Origin: an uncultured virus (IMG/VR IMGVR_UViG_3300044700_000221)
Lineage: Duplodnaviria > Heunggongvirae > Uroviricota > Caudoviricetes
Virus record (IMG/VR): IMGVR_UViG_3300044700_000221
Length of the DNA stretch: 64,000 bases
Strand: one strand, 5' to 3'
Positions within the stretch are counted from its first letter, which is position 1. Every line of letters begins with the position of its first letter. A program made the translations under genes and the position numbers. Below are positions 35,210 through 45,668 of this stretch, one piece after another. The notes beneath the pieces are model-generated. The model saw only the letters and a list, made by a program, of their open reading frames with translations, did not search any database and was not told where the DNA came from.

Positions 35210-36792
35210 TGCCCACATATAAAAACCCAGGAGTTTACGTTAGCGAATCCCCTCTCGTAAGCAACTCCCAACGTTCCAACCTTTCAACTGCTACTGCTGT
35301 ATTTTTTGGTACAGCAATTCGTGGCCCGTTGACGGCAACCCTTATTGATTCATGGAGTTCATACAAATCCTATTACGGAGATATTGATCCAAACCATGAA
35401 CTTGGTTATGCCGTATACCACTACTTTGCTAATGGTGGCCGCCAGGCTTATGTTGTGCGAGTGTTGCACACATCCGGTAGCGGTACGCTTGCTTCAGCAG
35501 CATCGGTGAACGTTACATACACCGCAGATGGTAGTGCCTCTGCTCCTGTGTACACCACTTTGTTTAACGCTACAGCAGCAAACAAGGGTGCTTGGGGTAA
35601 CAACTTAAAAGTTCGTACCTACGCAGGAACCCCTTCTGTTGGTGCCTCGGTTAGCCCAGTTCCTTTGGGTGGTGCTTCAGCAACTTGGTTTGGTTTTGAT
35701 CTTTCTGTTTTGCTTGACGATGTAGAAGTTGAACGTTGGAATAACGTTTCTGCAAACCAAGCTGACAACCGATTTGTTAAGGCAGTTGTTAATACTTACT
35801 CAAAGTACATTACAATCCCAACAACCTCGTGGCCTGTTGCTAGCGTAGGGTCTGCACCAAAGACTGACGCCGCATTTACTTTGGCTGGTGGTGTTGAAGG
35901 AAATGTTTCTGGCGTAAACTATAGTGATGCAGACTTTGAAGCAGCCATTGGTTCGCAATTAGATAACATTGAGGGTGTTCTCATTTTGAATGCCGTTGGA
36001 CGTACTTCTAATACAGTTGTTACTGCACTTAACACACTGGCAGTTTCTCGTGGAAACGCATTTGTTGTAGTTGATGCTGCTACAACAGATGACTACACCG
36101 CAGCTACAAGTCTTATTTCTAGCTATCCACAATCGTCGTATGTTTCGGTGTACTACCCGAAACTTAAGATGGTTGACCCAACCAAGACTGGACCTGGTGC
36201 ACTTAGGGACACCTTCCCTGGTGGAGCAATCCTTGGAGCTTACTCACGAGTTGATTCAACTCGTGGCGTTGCAAAAGCTCCTGCTGGGTATGACGTGGAT
36301 ATTCGAAATGCGGTAGGCTTAGTAACAAATTACTCAACAGCAAACACCGAAACAATGTACGCAACGTACGGTATTAACTTGTTTAAGAGTATCCCTGGTG
36401 GCGGAATCATTATTAACGGCGCACGTACCCTTGATAAGACTACACCAGGTCGTTACATCCCAATCCGTAGGTCATTGAACTACTTGAAGCAGGCACTCTC
36501 TGACGCAACAGAGTTTGCTGTTTTTGAACCTAACGACGAGCGGTTATGGACACGCATTACAATGACGGTGTCTTCATTGTTGAGTGAGTTCTGGCGTTCA
36601 GGTGGACTCAAGGGTGCTAATGCCAACCAAGCTTTCTATGTAACTTGTAACTCGACAAACAACACGTCTACCACGATTAACAATGGGGAAGTTCACATTG
36701 AGGTAGGTGTTGCGCTCCAGTACCCAGCCGAATTCATCGTTATCAACCTAAGCCAATGGACCGGCGGCTCTAACGCAGTTTCAACCCTCTGA
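35209..36792 (+). CDS. Contractile tail sheath protein
   Basis: PGVYVSE, YFANGG, GVAKAPAG, GARTL, VFEPN, PAEFIVI. Confidence 0.95.
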   Translation: MPTYKNPGVYVSESPLVSNSQRSNLSTATAVFFGTAIRGPLTATLIDSWSSYKSYYGDIDPNHELGYAVYHYFANGGRQAYVVRVLHTSGSGTLASAASVNVTYTADGSASAPVYTTLFNATAANKGAWGNNLKVRTYAGTPSVGASVSPVPLGGASATWFGFDLSVLLDDVEVERWNNVSANQADNRFVKAVVNTYSKYITIPTTSWPVASVGSAPKTDAAFTLAGGVEGNVSGVNYSDADFEAAIGSQLDNIEGVLILNAVGRTSNTVVTALNTLAVSRGNAFVVVDAATTDDYTAATSLISSYPQSSYVSVYYPKLKMVDPTKTGPGALRDTFPGGAILGAYSRVDSTRGVAKAPAGYDVDIRNAVGLVTNYSTANTETMYATYGINLFKSIPGGGIIINGARTLDKTTPGRYIPIRRSLNYLKQALSDATEFAVFEPNDERLWTRITMTVSSLLSEFWRSGGLKGANANQAFYVTCNSTNNTSTTINNGEVHIEVGVALQYPAEFIVINLSQWTGGSNAVSTL

Positions 36793-36804
36793 TAGGAGAC
36801 ATAT

Positions 36805-37410
36805 ATGGCACGCGCCACAATTACAGACCCAGTACGTAACTTTAAATTCCAGGTGACAATCAATGCCACCGGTAACCTTGCTTCGCAGACTAACGGTCTT
36901 GACAAAATCGGTTTTGCCGTTATGTCAGGACTGTCAGTTCAAAACGAAATGGTTGGTTACCGTGAAGGTGGAATGAACACACACCCGCACAAGTTTGTAG
37001 GACAGTCTGACTTTGCACCCATCACGTTTAGTCGTGGTGTGTTTGCAGGCCAAGACCAGTTGTACAAGTGGCAGCAGTTTATGCATGCCTGGAACCAAGG
37101 TTCAGCTAACACTGGTAGCACCAGCGGTGGCAACAACTACCGTTGCGACATCATTGTAAAAGTGTTTGACCACCCAGTTTCAGCTGGTTCGTACTCTACA
37201 CCTGGAGCTGTAAACGGAGTTGCACCAAGTCCTGGTAACGCACGTCTTGGCTTTAAGTTGTTTGACTGCTGGCCGGGAGCTTACTCTTTGAGTGACCTTA
37301 ACGCGGCTGACAGTGGCATCATGGTCCAGCAGTTAACCGTTCACCACGAAGGTTTTGTGGTAGCTTGGGATGACACTGGTATTGAAGGCCTCGCCTCAAT
37401 CGGCGGCTGA
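36805..37410 (+). CDS. Tail tube protein (T4 gp19-like)
   Basis: DPVRNFKF...YREGG...ITFSRG...CWP..YSLSDLNA. Confidence 0.9.
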   Translation: MARATITDPVRNFKFQVTINATGNLASQTNGLDKIGFAVMSGLSVQNEMVGYREGGMNTHPHKFVGQSDFAPITFSRGVFAGQDQLYKWQQFMHAWNQGSANTGSTSGGNNYRCDIIVKVFDHPVSAGSYSTPGAVNGVAPSPGNARLGFKLFDCWPGAYSLSDLNAADSGIMVQQLTVHHEGFVVAWDDTGIEGLASIGG

Positions 37411-37432
37411 CGTAACACATAGGAGATAACAA

Positions 37433-38230
37433 TTGAGTTCACAATTTGAAGCGTCAGCTGTTAACGCAGCAGCTGACGATCCTGTACCCACAATGGGAGA
37501 ACCAGAAGGTTTAATTGCGCATCTTCAACGTGGTGTGGTTGACCCCTTAACTGGGGAATGGCACACCAACATTGAAGTCCGCGAGATGAACGGTGCCGAC
37601 GAAGAGTACCTGGCTACCTTGGAAAACAAGGATAACCTTACGTACTCTGAGTACATGGTTGCATTACTCAAACGAGCTGTAGTTAAAGTAGGGGCTATCA
37701 ACGTAAGTGATACCCCATCTGTTATCGACACAGTAAGTATGGGCGACCGTGACATCATGTTCATGACTGTTATTAAGGCAACTTATGGAAGTGAACGAAC
37801 CTTTGTTACGAGGTGCCCACACTGCAACAAGTCTAATGATGTAACAATCGATCTAAACGAAGACTTTCCCTTGAGGGAGCCATCAATAGATCTACGTTCA
37901 CCTATAATTAAGAAACTTAAGAATGGTAAAACTGTTAAGTTACGTGTACCAAACGCATCAGATAGTTCTTTTGTAGGTAAAAAAGCTGCTTCTATTGCAG
38001 TACAGAATACCCTCATGCTCTCACGATGTGCCATGTGGGAAGATGGGGAACGGCCTGTTAACACTGAAGAGTGGGCCAGGTCACTAAGCATTGCTGATCG
38101 TGCATTATTGGTTGAATCTCTGCTCAACATTGAGGCAGGGCCTAAGATGGAAGGGGTGAATATCCAATGCGCCGAGTGTGGAGAAAGTATCTCCATAGTC
38201 GTCGATTGGATATCCCTTTTACTTAGTTAA
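37433..38230 (+). CDS. Tail assembly chaperone / baseplate hub assembly protein (T4 gp26-like, Zn ribbons)
   Basis: VREMNGADEE, GDRD, CPHC and CAEC; between tube and tape measure genes. Confidence 0.75.
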   Translation: MSSQFEASAVNAAADDPVPTMGEPEGLIAHLQRGVVDPLTGEWHTNIEVREMNGADEEYLATLENKDNLTYSEYMVALLKRAVVKVGAINVSDTPSVIDTVSMGDRDIMFMTVIKATYGSERTFVTRCPHCNKSNDVTIDLNEDFPLREPSIDLRSPIIKKLKNGKTVKLRVPNASDSSFVGKKAASIAVQNTLMLSRCAMWEDGERPVNTEEWARSLSIADRALLVESLLNIEAGPKMEGVNIQCAECGESISIVVDWISLLLS

Positions 38231-38363
38231 CTTAACAAACGTTTATTACGAATACGAACTCATAGCTTCCGTCTACAACGGGTTTAACCTATCGGATTTA
38301 CGGTTTATGACCGTCCGCCAAAGGGACTTTTGGTTCCGTATGGCAAAATGGAGAAACAAGTAA
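38199..38363 (+). CDS. Start-less +1-frame extension of the tail assembly chaperone (probable frameshift product)
   Basis: ...LTNVYYEYELIASVYNGFNLSDLRFMTVRQRDFWFRMAKWRNK*; no start codon before the internal Met. Confidence 0.6.
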   Translation, partial: SSIGYPFYLVNLTNVYYEYELIASVYNGFNLSDLRFMTVRQRDFWFRMAKWRNK

Positions 38364-38375
38364 CGGAGGAAAGCT

Positions 38376-40772
38376 ATGGCAATATCTAATCCTGGTGATG
38401 AGCCCTCAATAGGTGGGGTTGGCAGCCGCATTATGGGAGCTGTTAAAACGGCTCTGGATATTGACAGTAGTACTCTTACTAAGATTACAAAAGACCTAAA
38501 GTCTCTTAAGCAGGTTATTAAAGAAACCAAACAAGAGATTCAAGAGCTTTCTGATGCTGCCTCTGGCGCGCAGACCGGCCTCTCCAATATGACCCAAGCT
38601 GGTTCTGGTAGTGGTAAGCGTGGCCCTGCTGGAACCCCAATGGCTAACATGGGTACGAGTAGGTCTAGCCGTATTGCACGCAGGGCAATTGTTGATGGCT
38701 TAGATCAAATGGAAGATGCTGAGGGTTCTGCGGTTGGTGGAACCAAGATGCAGTTAATGCGTACTGCTACATCAAAGTACCTAAAGGCCCAAGGCTTTGA
38801 GGGGGCAGCAGCTCGCGTTGGCGCTGGTGGTGCAGGGGCCGCAGCAGGGTATGCGGCAGGCGGAGCAATGGCGGCAGTCTCTGCTTACAACATGGTTGCA
38901 AACGCTTCAGCATCCCGTATGGACCGAAGTAGGGAGTACGCACTACAGGCTGACAAGATGTCTGTGCTGTACCAGCAGATGACCGGAAAGTCAATGCTTG
39001 GGGTTAGCTCAACTTATCGAATGCCCCTAACCCAATACAGGTTAGGTGATGGTGGTATCAACGCACTTATGTCTATGGAAGCTGCTACCGGTATCAGCGG
39101 ACGCAAGCAAGCATCAAGCGTTGAGGCCGTACGAACCCTAAGCGGCTACACAATGAGTGCTTCTGATGTTGTTGGTCAGATTGGTTCTCTAGCTTCTGCA
39201 GGTACTGCAAACCGCATGTTTATGATGGGTGGCATTGGCATGGTAGGGGTTGGTGGAAAACAACGCACCCTTATGGATGTTATGCAAAGCGTTGTAAAAT
39301 CAGCAAACCTAACTGACGAGAAGACTTTAAATAGTGCTTTTGCCCCAGGGTCTGTTACTCGCTCTAAGCTCCGCCTTATGGGTGTACCCGAAGATATGCA
39401 GACTCAAATTCTTCAGTACGCAAAATCAAACCTTGAATATAAGAAAAAGGGCGGCGGTGGGATGTACAACCCAAGCCGTGAGAACGACAGACGTCGAATG
39501 GGTATTGAAGAGAACTTTGCTACACAAGCAGAAGAGACATCTCGTTTAGAAACAAAACGAGAAGAACAGTTCTACCGTCGACAGGCTGACAACTACGCGT
39601 ACCTTGAAAGGCAAACTCAAAGCCTTACCCGTGCGTTTGGTTCTCTAGAAGACAGCCTATCTGGGATTATTGGGTTCACTGGTTCAAACCGTATTGCTAG
39701 CACCGTTACAAACGGCATCATGGCTGGTGGTGGTGACCCACATATTGGTGATGGGTCAACACCCAAGGTAGTGGCTTCAACCCACTCATCAAGCCAAGCT
39801 GACTCTAAAAAAGATGCACGTACTTACGTCCCACTAGGGGATAGTGGGAAACTTGTTTCATTAGCAAACATTCAACAACGTGCAGACTTCAAAGGTTTAA
39901 ATCCAAAAGTTAAAGACCGTGTTCTTAATATGATGCGAGACAACCCTGACATTGGTTGGGGTGGTGGCACACGAGATACCAAAAACCAAGAGCGGATGTT
40001 TACAAGTAGGTACAACCGTACGAGTGAATCTACTGGTGCTAACGGTAAACCTAACTGGTATTGGCAAGGTTCTTACTGGACACTTAAGCCAGGCAACAAC
40101 CCAGCAGCACCCCCAGGAATGTCAATGCATGAAATTGGGTTAGCTGTTGACTTAGCTGGCAACGTTAAAAAGGTTCCTAAGGTTGCTGCTAAGTATGGAC
40201 TAAAGCACTTTGGGGATAAGAACGGCGAACCTTGGCATGTACAGCCAGCGGAGTTACCAGACGGTCGTAAGGGTTACGAAAAAGCAGGAGCTGCTTGGGG
40301 CTTTTCTTCCGGTGGACCAGCAACTGCAGATTCTGCTGAACGTTCTATGAACGCTTCTGGTAGTGCTACTTCAACAAATAAAAGTTCTTATAACACAAGC
40401 TTTTTGCGCTATTCGCCTACTGAACACTCTTCCCCGACATCCTCGTCCCCCTCTGATAAGACAGCGTTTAGTGGGACTGGCATTGGTATTAGTTCAAAAC
40501 TTACGTACACCCCTATCTCAAGCAAGATTAGGTTAGGGGACCCAGAAATAACGACACCAATGAGTTCCCCCTCATCTGGGTACACTCCTGCTATGTCTAC
40601 GTCACAGACGTCAACTGCTTCTAATGGTGGGCAACACAACCTAACGTTTAATGTTAACCCTGTGTTTAATGTGACTAACAGTAGCGGCCAGTTTGACATG
40701 AAAAAAGCCGCAAAAGAATTGGTTACCATTATTAAAAAAGAACTTGAAAACGAAGCAATGAGGAGATACTGA
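38376..40772 (+). CDS. Tape measure protein with M15-type peptidase domain
   Basis: Ala/Gly-rich helical body; AAPPGMSMHEIGLAVD...EPWHVQ. Confidence 0.85.
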   Translation: MAISNPGDEPSIGGVGSRIMGAVKTALDIDSSTLTKITKDLKSLKQVIKETKQEIQELSDAASGAQTGLSNMTQAGSGSGKRGPAGTPMANMGTSRSSRIARRAIVDGLDQMEDAEGSAVGGTKMQLMRTATSKYLKAQGFEGAAARVGAGGAGAAAGYAAGGAMAAVSAYNMVANASASRMDRSREYALQADKMSVLYQQMTGKSMLGVSSTYRMPLTQYRLGDGGINALMSMEAATGISGRKQASSVEAVRTLSGYTMSASDVVGQIGSLASAGTANRMFMMGGIGMVGVGGKQRTLMDVMQSVVKSANLTDEKTLNSAFAPGSVTRSKLRLMGVPEDMQTQILQYAKSNLEYKKKGGGGMYNPSRENDRRRMGIEENFATQAEETSRLETKREEQFYRRQADNYAYLERQTQSLTRAFGSLEDSLSGIIGFTGSNRIASTVTNGIMAGGGDPHIGDGSTPKVVASTHSSSQADSKKDARTYVPLGDSGKLVSLANIQQRADFKGLNPKVKDRVLNMMRDNPDIGWGGGTRDTKNQERMFTSRYNRTSESTGANGKPNWYWQGSYWTLKPGNNPAAPPGMSMHEIGLAVDLAGNVKKVPKVAAKYGLKHFGDKNGEPWHVQPAELPDGRKGYEKAGAAWGFSSGGPATADSAERSMNASGSATSTNKSSYNTSFLRYSPTEHSSPTSSSPSDKTAFSGTGIGISSKLTYTPISSKIRLGDPEITTPMSSPSSGYTPAMSTSQTSTASNGGQHNLTFNVNPVFNVTNSSGQFDMKKAAKELVTIIKKELENEAMRRY

Positions 40773-42556
40773 TGGGGTACCGCAACGAATCAAACTACAC
40801 AGTTGCTCCAATTAATGAACCCTTTATGGAGGCTCAGCAGAGCAACCCTCCTTTTACAAAGTACTTTCAAGGAAACATTAGATTCCTTGAAGCACAAGCT
40901 GAGCTTGATAAAAACCCGCAGAGTTTTCAATTAAGTAGAGGGTATATCCGTAACCTAAAACTACCAGTTATAAATAAAACAACAATTTATAAATGTAAAT
41001 TTCAATTTAATCCTCAAGAAATAAAACAAAGTGTGAGTATGCGAGAGGATATGTACCTGGCAATCCTTCAGGACCCGGCGCAGCTTGCTCAACCAATTGG
41101 TGCTCAAATGAACTTTCAATTTGATTTGTTCTTTGATCGTCAGTATGAAATGTCACGAGGAACAAACGCAAAAGTTGATCCATTTTCTGCGGTTAGTGTA
41201 AACACCGTTAGTGGCGACCCCTATCAGATATCTGATCCAACTCCTTATGACATTGGTGTTTACGCAGATTTGCGTGTTTTATATGCTGTGATTGGACAAG
41301 GTTTTAATAAAAACCTTATAGATCAGCAACTACAAACAACAGCTGCAGGAGCTGCTCGGGTGTTCTCAAACAACTCATCTCCTGCATCCACTGGCACGAC
41401 TACTGACACCACAGGTTCTCAAGAAAGCACCTTTAGTTTCAATGACGCAGACGCGATGGCTGCATTGACTGCAAACATTGGTAACGCTGCAATCCTTATG
41501 CCAAACCCTGTTCGAGTAATGTTCTCGGGTCTTTTAATGGTTGACGGGTTTGTCACTGCAACACAGGTTGACTTTTTAAAGTTCAACACAAAAATGGTTC
41601 CCGTACAATGTCGAGTGACCATAAACATGAATGCTGTGTATGTTGGGTTTGCAACAGAGGATTCATTCTTGACAATCCAGTTTAACCAAGCAATCAAAGA
41701 GCTCGAAGACCAGAAAGCAAGAAGCGAAGCAGCTAACAAAGCCCTAGCAGGTATCTTGCAGAGTGGAGTTAGGTCAGTTACTTTTGGTTGGGGTCGTGAC
41801 ATTGATGAAATGACTCAAAAAGCTAAAATTGACATATTTGATACTGACAAATATTCAATGCTTACTCTTGAACAAACTGGTGCAAAGAATTACTCAGAAA
41901 GAAACTTCTTCTTTAGATTTAACGATGTAATTCCTCGCGCCGGTACCGGGGCAGATACGGACACTATTCTAGAAGCTTACGAAACTGGTGAAAATTTAAC
42001 AGTAACTTACAACTGGACGTACACTGTTTATGGTTTTGAAGACACCTCAAAAACACAAAACCAAATCTTTACTGCTGCTCAATGCGTAAACGTCAACACT
42101 GGCGAAATTGATAGTACACAACCAGGGTATGATGTAAACTTTAAAGTACTTGGCTCATACGGTGGGTCTAAGTCTGCCTCATCCAAAGATGAGTGGGGAT
42201 CTGGTGTATCAGGTGAAGGTGCTAATTGGAGTAAGGCACGTAGGTACTCAAGACATGATGAAGACGACGACGAAAACATTAATAATGCTGATGGTGCCTC
42301 AGGTGAAGAGGGACCTGGAAATTCATCTACTTACCTTCAAAAGTCCAATTCAAGATTGCCAGCAACGGGTTACTGTCTTGTAATATGGACACTAGAACTG
42401 TCAATTCAAAAAGATGACTTTGACCCCGTGTACCCAGACAACAAGAGCACTGGAAATGGACAGTACCCTTCTGGGAACAAACTGGTGATTAAAAAGGTTG
42501 TTTCAAACTCTTCAAGAAGCGTTGCAACCTTCAGCTTCCACTGGCCCTGGCAGTAA
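40772..42556 (+). CDS. Baseplate/tail tube initiator-like protein
   Basis: FQFNPQEI...FDLFFDR; follows the tape measure gene. Confidence 0.65.
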   Translation: MGYRNESNYTVAPINEPFMEAQQSNPPFTKYFQGNIRFLEAQAELDKNPQSFQLSRGYIRNLKLPVINKTTIYKCKFQFNPQEIKQSVSMREDMYLAILQDPAQLAQPIGAQMNFQFDLFFDRQYEMSRGTNAKVDPFSAVSVNTVSGDPYQISDPTPYDIGVYADLRVLYAVIGQGFNKNLIDQQLQTTAAGAARVFSNNSSPASTGTTTDTTGSQESTFSFNDADAMAALTANIGNAAILMPNPVRVMFSGLLMVDGFVTATQVDFLKFNTKMVPVQCRVTINMNAVYVGFATEDSFLTIQFNQAIKELEDQKARSEAANKALAGILQSGVRSVTFGWGRDIDEMTQKAKIDIFDTDKYSMLTLEQTGAKNYSERNFFFRFNDVIPRAGTGADTDTILEAYETGENLTVTYNWTYTVYGFEDTSKTQNQIFTAAQCVNVNTGEIDSTQPGYDVNFKVLGSYGGSKSASSKDEWGSGVSGEGANWSKARRYSRHDEDDDENINNADGASGEEGPGNSSTYLQKSNSRLPATGYCLVIWTLELSIQKDDFDPVYPDNKSTGNGQYPSGNKLVIKKVVSNSSRSVATFSFHWPWQ

Positions 42557-42566
42557 GGAGACAACT

Positions 42567-42809
42567 ATGGCATCGTACCGCACGTCAAGTCGTTACCGTT
42601 TATCTTCTGGTGGCATGCTTGCTGAAAGAGTAGATCAAGAAGCAAGGGTGTACTACCAGTACGTTTCTAGGCAAAACGATACCTTTCAGCTACTGGCAGC
42701 TAAGTTATTGAATGATAGTAATAGGTACTGGGAAATTGCTGATATTAATCCTCAAGTTCAATGGCCAGATGTTATCCCAACTGGCACAGTACTGCGGATG
42801 CCTACATGA
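42567..42809 (+). CDS. LysM/tail X-like baseplate protein
   Basis: DTFQLLAAKLL..SNRYWEIADINP...PTGTVLRMP. Confidence 0.8.
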   Translation: MASYRTSSRYRLSSGGMLAERVDQEARVYYQYVSRQNDTFQLLAAKLLNDSNRYWEIADINPQVQWPDVIPTGTVLRMPT

Positions 42810-43966
42810 TAATTAATTCAGGTAATCCACTATCCCCAAAAACTTACATTGCGTTTAACGGTGTTGAAGTTAATTACCGTTCAATACAATCCGCTTCGTT
42901 GAAGCTTTCAACAAACATGCATGATGTTCTAACCATAACAATGGCTGGTATACCTCCTAAAGGAATTACCGATTACATTGACGCAGCCGTTGAAATGAAT
43001 ATTTCATCTGGCCAAAATCGCACTCAAGAGTTTCGTGGGTACGTCATGTACGTAGAGCCAGAGTCGGATAGTAGATCTTCTATTATTAATAGCAGCCCAT
43101 TCCAAACAGCAAAGATTGTTTGCTTTGGAGTGTCTATGAATTTAATGGGCAAGAAACAACGGGTGTGGGATAACGTTGGCATAAAAGCCATAGCATCTGA
43201 AATTTGTAGTAGTTACCATTTAAGTTTGGATGTTCTTGATGACTCTTTTGTGCTTCCAAGAGTAGTGCAGGCAGGAGAATCTGATTGGGCCTTTCTACTT
43301 AGAATTTGTGAACGCTACGGGTACTCAGTAACCGTTCATGGAACTCATATGCATATCTGGGATCCATATAAAGCCATAGGTAGACGCCCATCCTTTGAAC
43401 AACTTGTACCACTGACCAGTACTGCAAAACCACGTCCTGGTGGGATCCTTCATTTTGAAGGTACGTTTGGGTATCTTACCCCAGATGGGTATTCAACTGA
43501 ATACGAAATGAATGTTCTTGATAACTCTGGAAATCTGCTAAGTGTGCAGAGCACCTACTTGGAAACTAGTCTTTCCGGAGTTACTCCTCGTTCTAAGTTT
43601 CATAGTTCGTTAGTTGAATCAGCTCAAACCTTTGAAGAGGCTGAGAAGATTTTAGAGGCTAAGAGAAAGCAAAAGTTTCCGTTTACTGCAAGAGCACAGA
43701 TTAGTGCTGGTGCTGGAATTGTACCTGGCGGGGTTGTAGAGGTTGTTGGGTACAACACAAACTTTGAAGGCCTTTGGTACGTTAAAGATGTAGAACATGT
43801 AATAGGAGGTACTACCTATTACACTAACCTTATATTAGGTAAAGACTTTAATACCACAACTAAGTATGTTGTACCACCAGTAGAACTATCTCAAAAAGCA
43901 CCAGATGCAAAATTTGTTGCAGGCGAATGGCGCGCAAGTTCAGAAAGGGTAAACGCATATGTATAA
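42806..43966 (+). CDS. Baseplate hub protein (gpD/gp27-like)
   Basis: QAGESDWAFLLRICERYGY; GLWYVKDVEHVI. Confidence 0.85.
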   Translation: MIINSGNPLSPKTYIAFNGVEVNYRSIQSASLKLSTNMHDVLTITMAGIPPKGITDYIDAAVEMNISSGQNRTQEFRGYVMYVEPESDSRSSIINSSPFQTAKIVCFGVSMNLMGKKQRVWDNVGIKAIASEICSSYHLSLDVLDDSFVLPRVVQAGESDWAFLLRICERYGYSVTVHGTHMHIWDPYKAIGRRPSFEQLVPLTSTAKPRPGGILHFEGTFGYLTPDGYSTEYEMNVLDNSGNLLSVQSTYLETSLSGVTPRSKFHSSLVESAQTFEEAEKILEAKRKQKFPFTARAQISAGAGIVPGGVVEVVGYNTNFEGLWYVKDVEHVIGGTTYYTNLILGKDFNTTTKYVVPPVELSQKAPDAKFVAGEWRASSERVNAYV

Positions 43967-45020
43967 CGGGATGCAAATATATCGAGCAGTAGTAACCGCA
44001 TCGTCCTCAACTACCGGTTCTATTTACGTTTCTATTCCTTCAGTTCTTGGCACAACCACAAGTATTGCTGTATCTACTATTGGCCGAGCAGCAGTGTCTG
44101 GTGTGTGGGCTGTTCCTGATGTTGGGGATCAAGTCCTTGTAGCAGTAGAAGACGACAAGTTTTCTAATGTGTATATTATCTCCCTTACTGGTGCAGCTTC
44201 AAATGACGTACCTATTGTTATCCCCACATTTTCTGCCAGTGGTGGCACTATCACAAATAGTGGTGGTTATCGTTACCACACTTTTAATGCTTCGGGAAGC
44301 TTTGTTGTAACGGGTAGTAAACTTATGGATATCCTTGTTGTAGGCGGTGGAGGTTCAGGCGCAGGAGGTTCTTCCGACCCATGGGATGGATACAGTCTTT
44401 ATGGTGGCGGAGGCGGTGGTGCAGGTAGATTTGCAACTTCCACTACAAATGTTACCGCAGCAACTTATGTTGTAACTGTCGGCGCTGGTGCTACCGCTGT
44501 TGGTATGGGTGAAGTTCAAGGCCTAAACGGAAATACTTCTTCTTTTAGCACAATAACCGCATTAGGTGGAAATGGCGGCGGAGCACCTAGTTACCCAGAT
44601 GGTGGCACTGGTGGTTCAAGTACATTTAATGGAGGTACAAGAACTTCAGATGGTGGTTCAGGTGGCGGTGGTACTTCTGCTGTTGGCGCAAATACAAGTA
44701 ATCAAAATGGGTCCAATGGTGGTGCTGGGTCTACTTGGAACTCGTTTAAGTTTTTTGGTGGTGGCGGAGGCGGAGGCGGAGGCGGATATACTAACGATGG
44801 CGGCGCACTTCCTAGTCCTATATACAGTACTGGTGGTACTGGTGGTACTGGTGGTGGAGGAAACGGTGGATACTATAATGGTCCCACCCCCCCAAACGCT
44901 ACTGCTGGAACAGCAAATACTGGTGGTGGTGGTGGTGGTCAAAATGTTATTGGTTATAGCGATGCGTCTACTACTGGCGCAGGCGGTTCAGGTGTTGTTA
45001 TTGTGAGGTACCTGCTATGA
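43959..45020 (+). CDS. Baseplate spike-like OB-fold fused to a glycine-rich domain
   Basis: IYRAVV...WAVPDVGDQVLVAVE then YRYHTF...GGGG repeats...GGSGVVIVRY. Confidence 0.7.
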   Translation: MYNGMQIYRAVVTASSSTTGSIYVSIPSVLGTTTSIAVSTIGRAAVSGVWAVPDVGDQVLVAVEDDKFSNVYIISLTGAASNDVPIVIPTFSASGGTITNSGGYRYHTFNASGSFVVTGSKLMDILVVGGGGSGAGGSSDPWDGYSLYGGGGGGAGRFATSTTNVTAATYVVTVGAGATAVGMGEVQGLNGNTSSFSTITALGGNGGGAPSYPDGGTGGSSTFNGGTRTSDGGSGGGGTSAVGANTSNQNGSNGGAGSTWNSFKFFGGGGGGGGGGYTNDGGALPSPIYSTGGTGGTGGGGNGGYYNGPTPPNATAGTANTGGGGGGQNVIGYSDASTTGAGGSGVVIVRYLL

Positions 45021-45247
45021 GCCATTTTGCCGAATTAGATGAAAACAATGTTGTCATTCGTGTACTTGTTGGAGACAACGACATGCCTAACGAAGGGTAC
45101 GATTGGTTTGTGGAAAACCTAGGTGGCCGTTGGGTACAAACAAGTTACAACAGTAACTTTAGAGGTCGTTTTGCTGGAATTGGGTTTACTTATGATGAAA
45201 CAAATGACGTTTTTATAAACCCCGCAGAAATTAAAAATGAGGATTAA
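45017..45247 (+). CDS. Small protein associated with Gly-rich tail genes
   Basis: MSHFAELDENNVV...WVQTSYN..FRGRFAGIGFTYD. Confidence 0.75.
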   Translation: MSHFAELDENNVVIRVLVGDNDMPNEGYDWFVENLGGRWVQTSYNSNFRGRFAGIGFTYDETNDVFINPAEIKNED

Positions 45248-45249
45248 CT

Positions 45250-45660
45250 ATGAAAGCTATTAAAATTCCATTTCAATTTAACGGTGGCAGAGTTAGCACA
45301 ACCACATCTGAATCTACTATTGCTGAACAAAAGATAGTAGATGTTCTTACTACTAGTAACTTTGAACGTGTAATGAATCATCAATACGGCGCAGGTATAA
45401 ATAATTTATTGTTTGAACCTATTGATGAATTGGTTGTTCTTGACTTTAAAACAGACGCAATAGCTGAGATTCGATCAAATGTTTCCAGAGTAAACGTGAT
45501 GGATATCCGTATGTCACCAAGTAATTCTGTGGCAGCGTATGGTTCTCCAGAAACGACAATGGGTGTAACTGTGGTGTACCGCCTTCCCCTTGGTTCAGCA
45601 CAAATTGTAAAATTTAACGTAGCAATTCCAGGGGATCTTAACGAAGACTCAATTATTTAG
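45250..45660 (+). CDS. Baseplate wedge subunit (gp25/gpW-like)
   Basis: ERVMNHQYGAGINNLLFEP. Confidence 0.85.
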   Translation: MKAIKIPFQFNGGRVSTTTSESTIAEQKIVDVLTTSNFERVMNHQYGAGINNLLFEPIDELVVLDFKTDAIAEIRSNVSRVNVMDIRMSPSNSVAAYGSPETTMGVTVVYRLPLGSAQIVKFNVAIPGDLNEDSII

Positions 45661-45668
45661 GAGTAATT

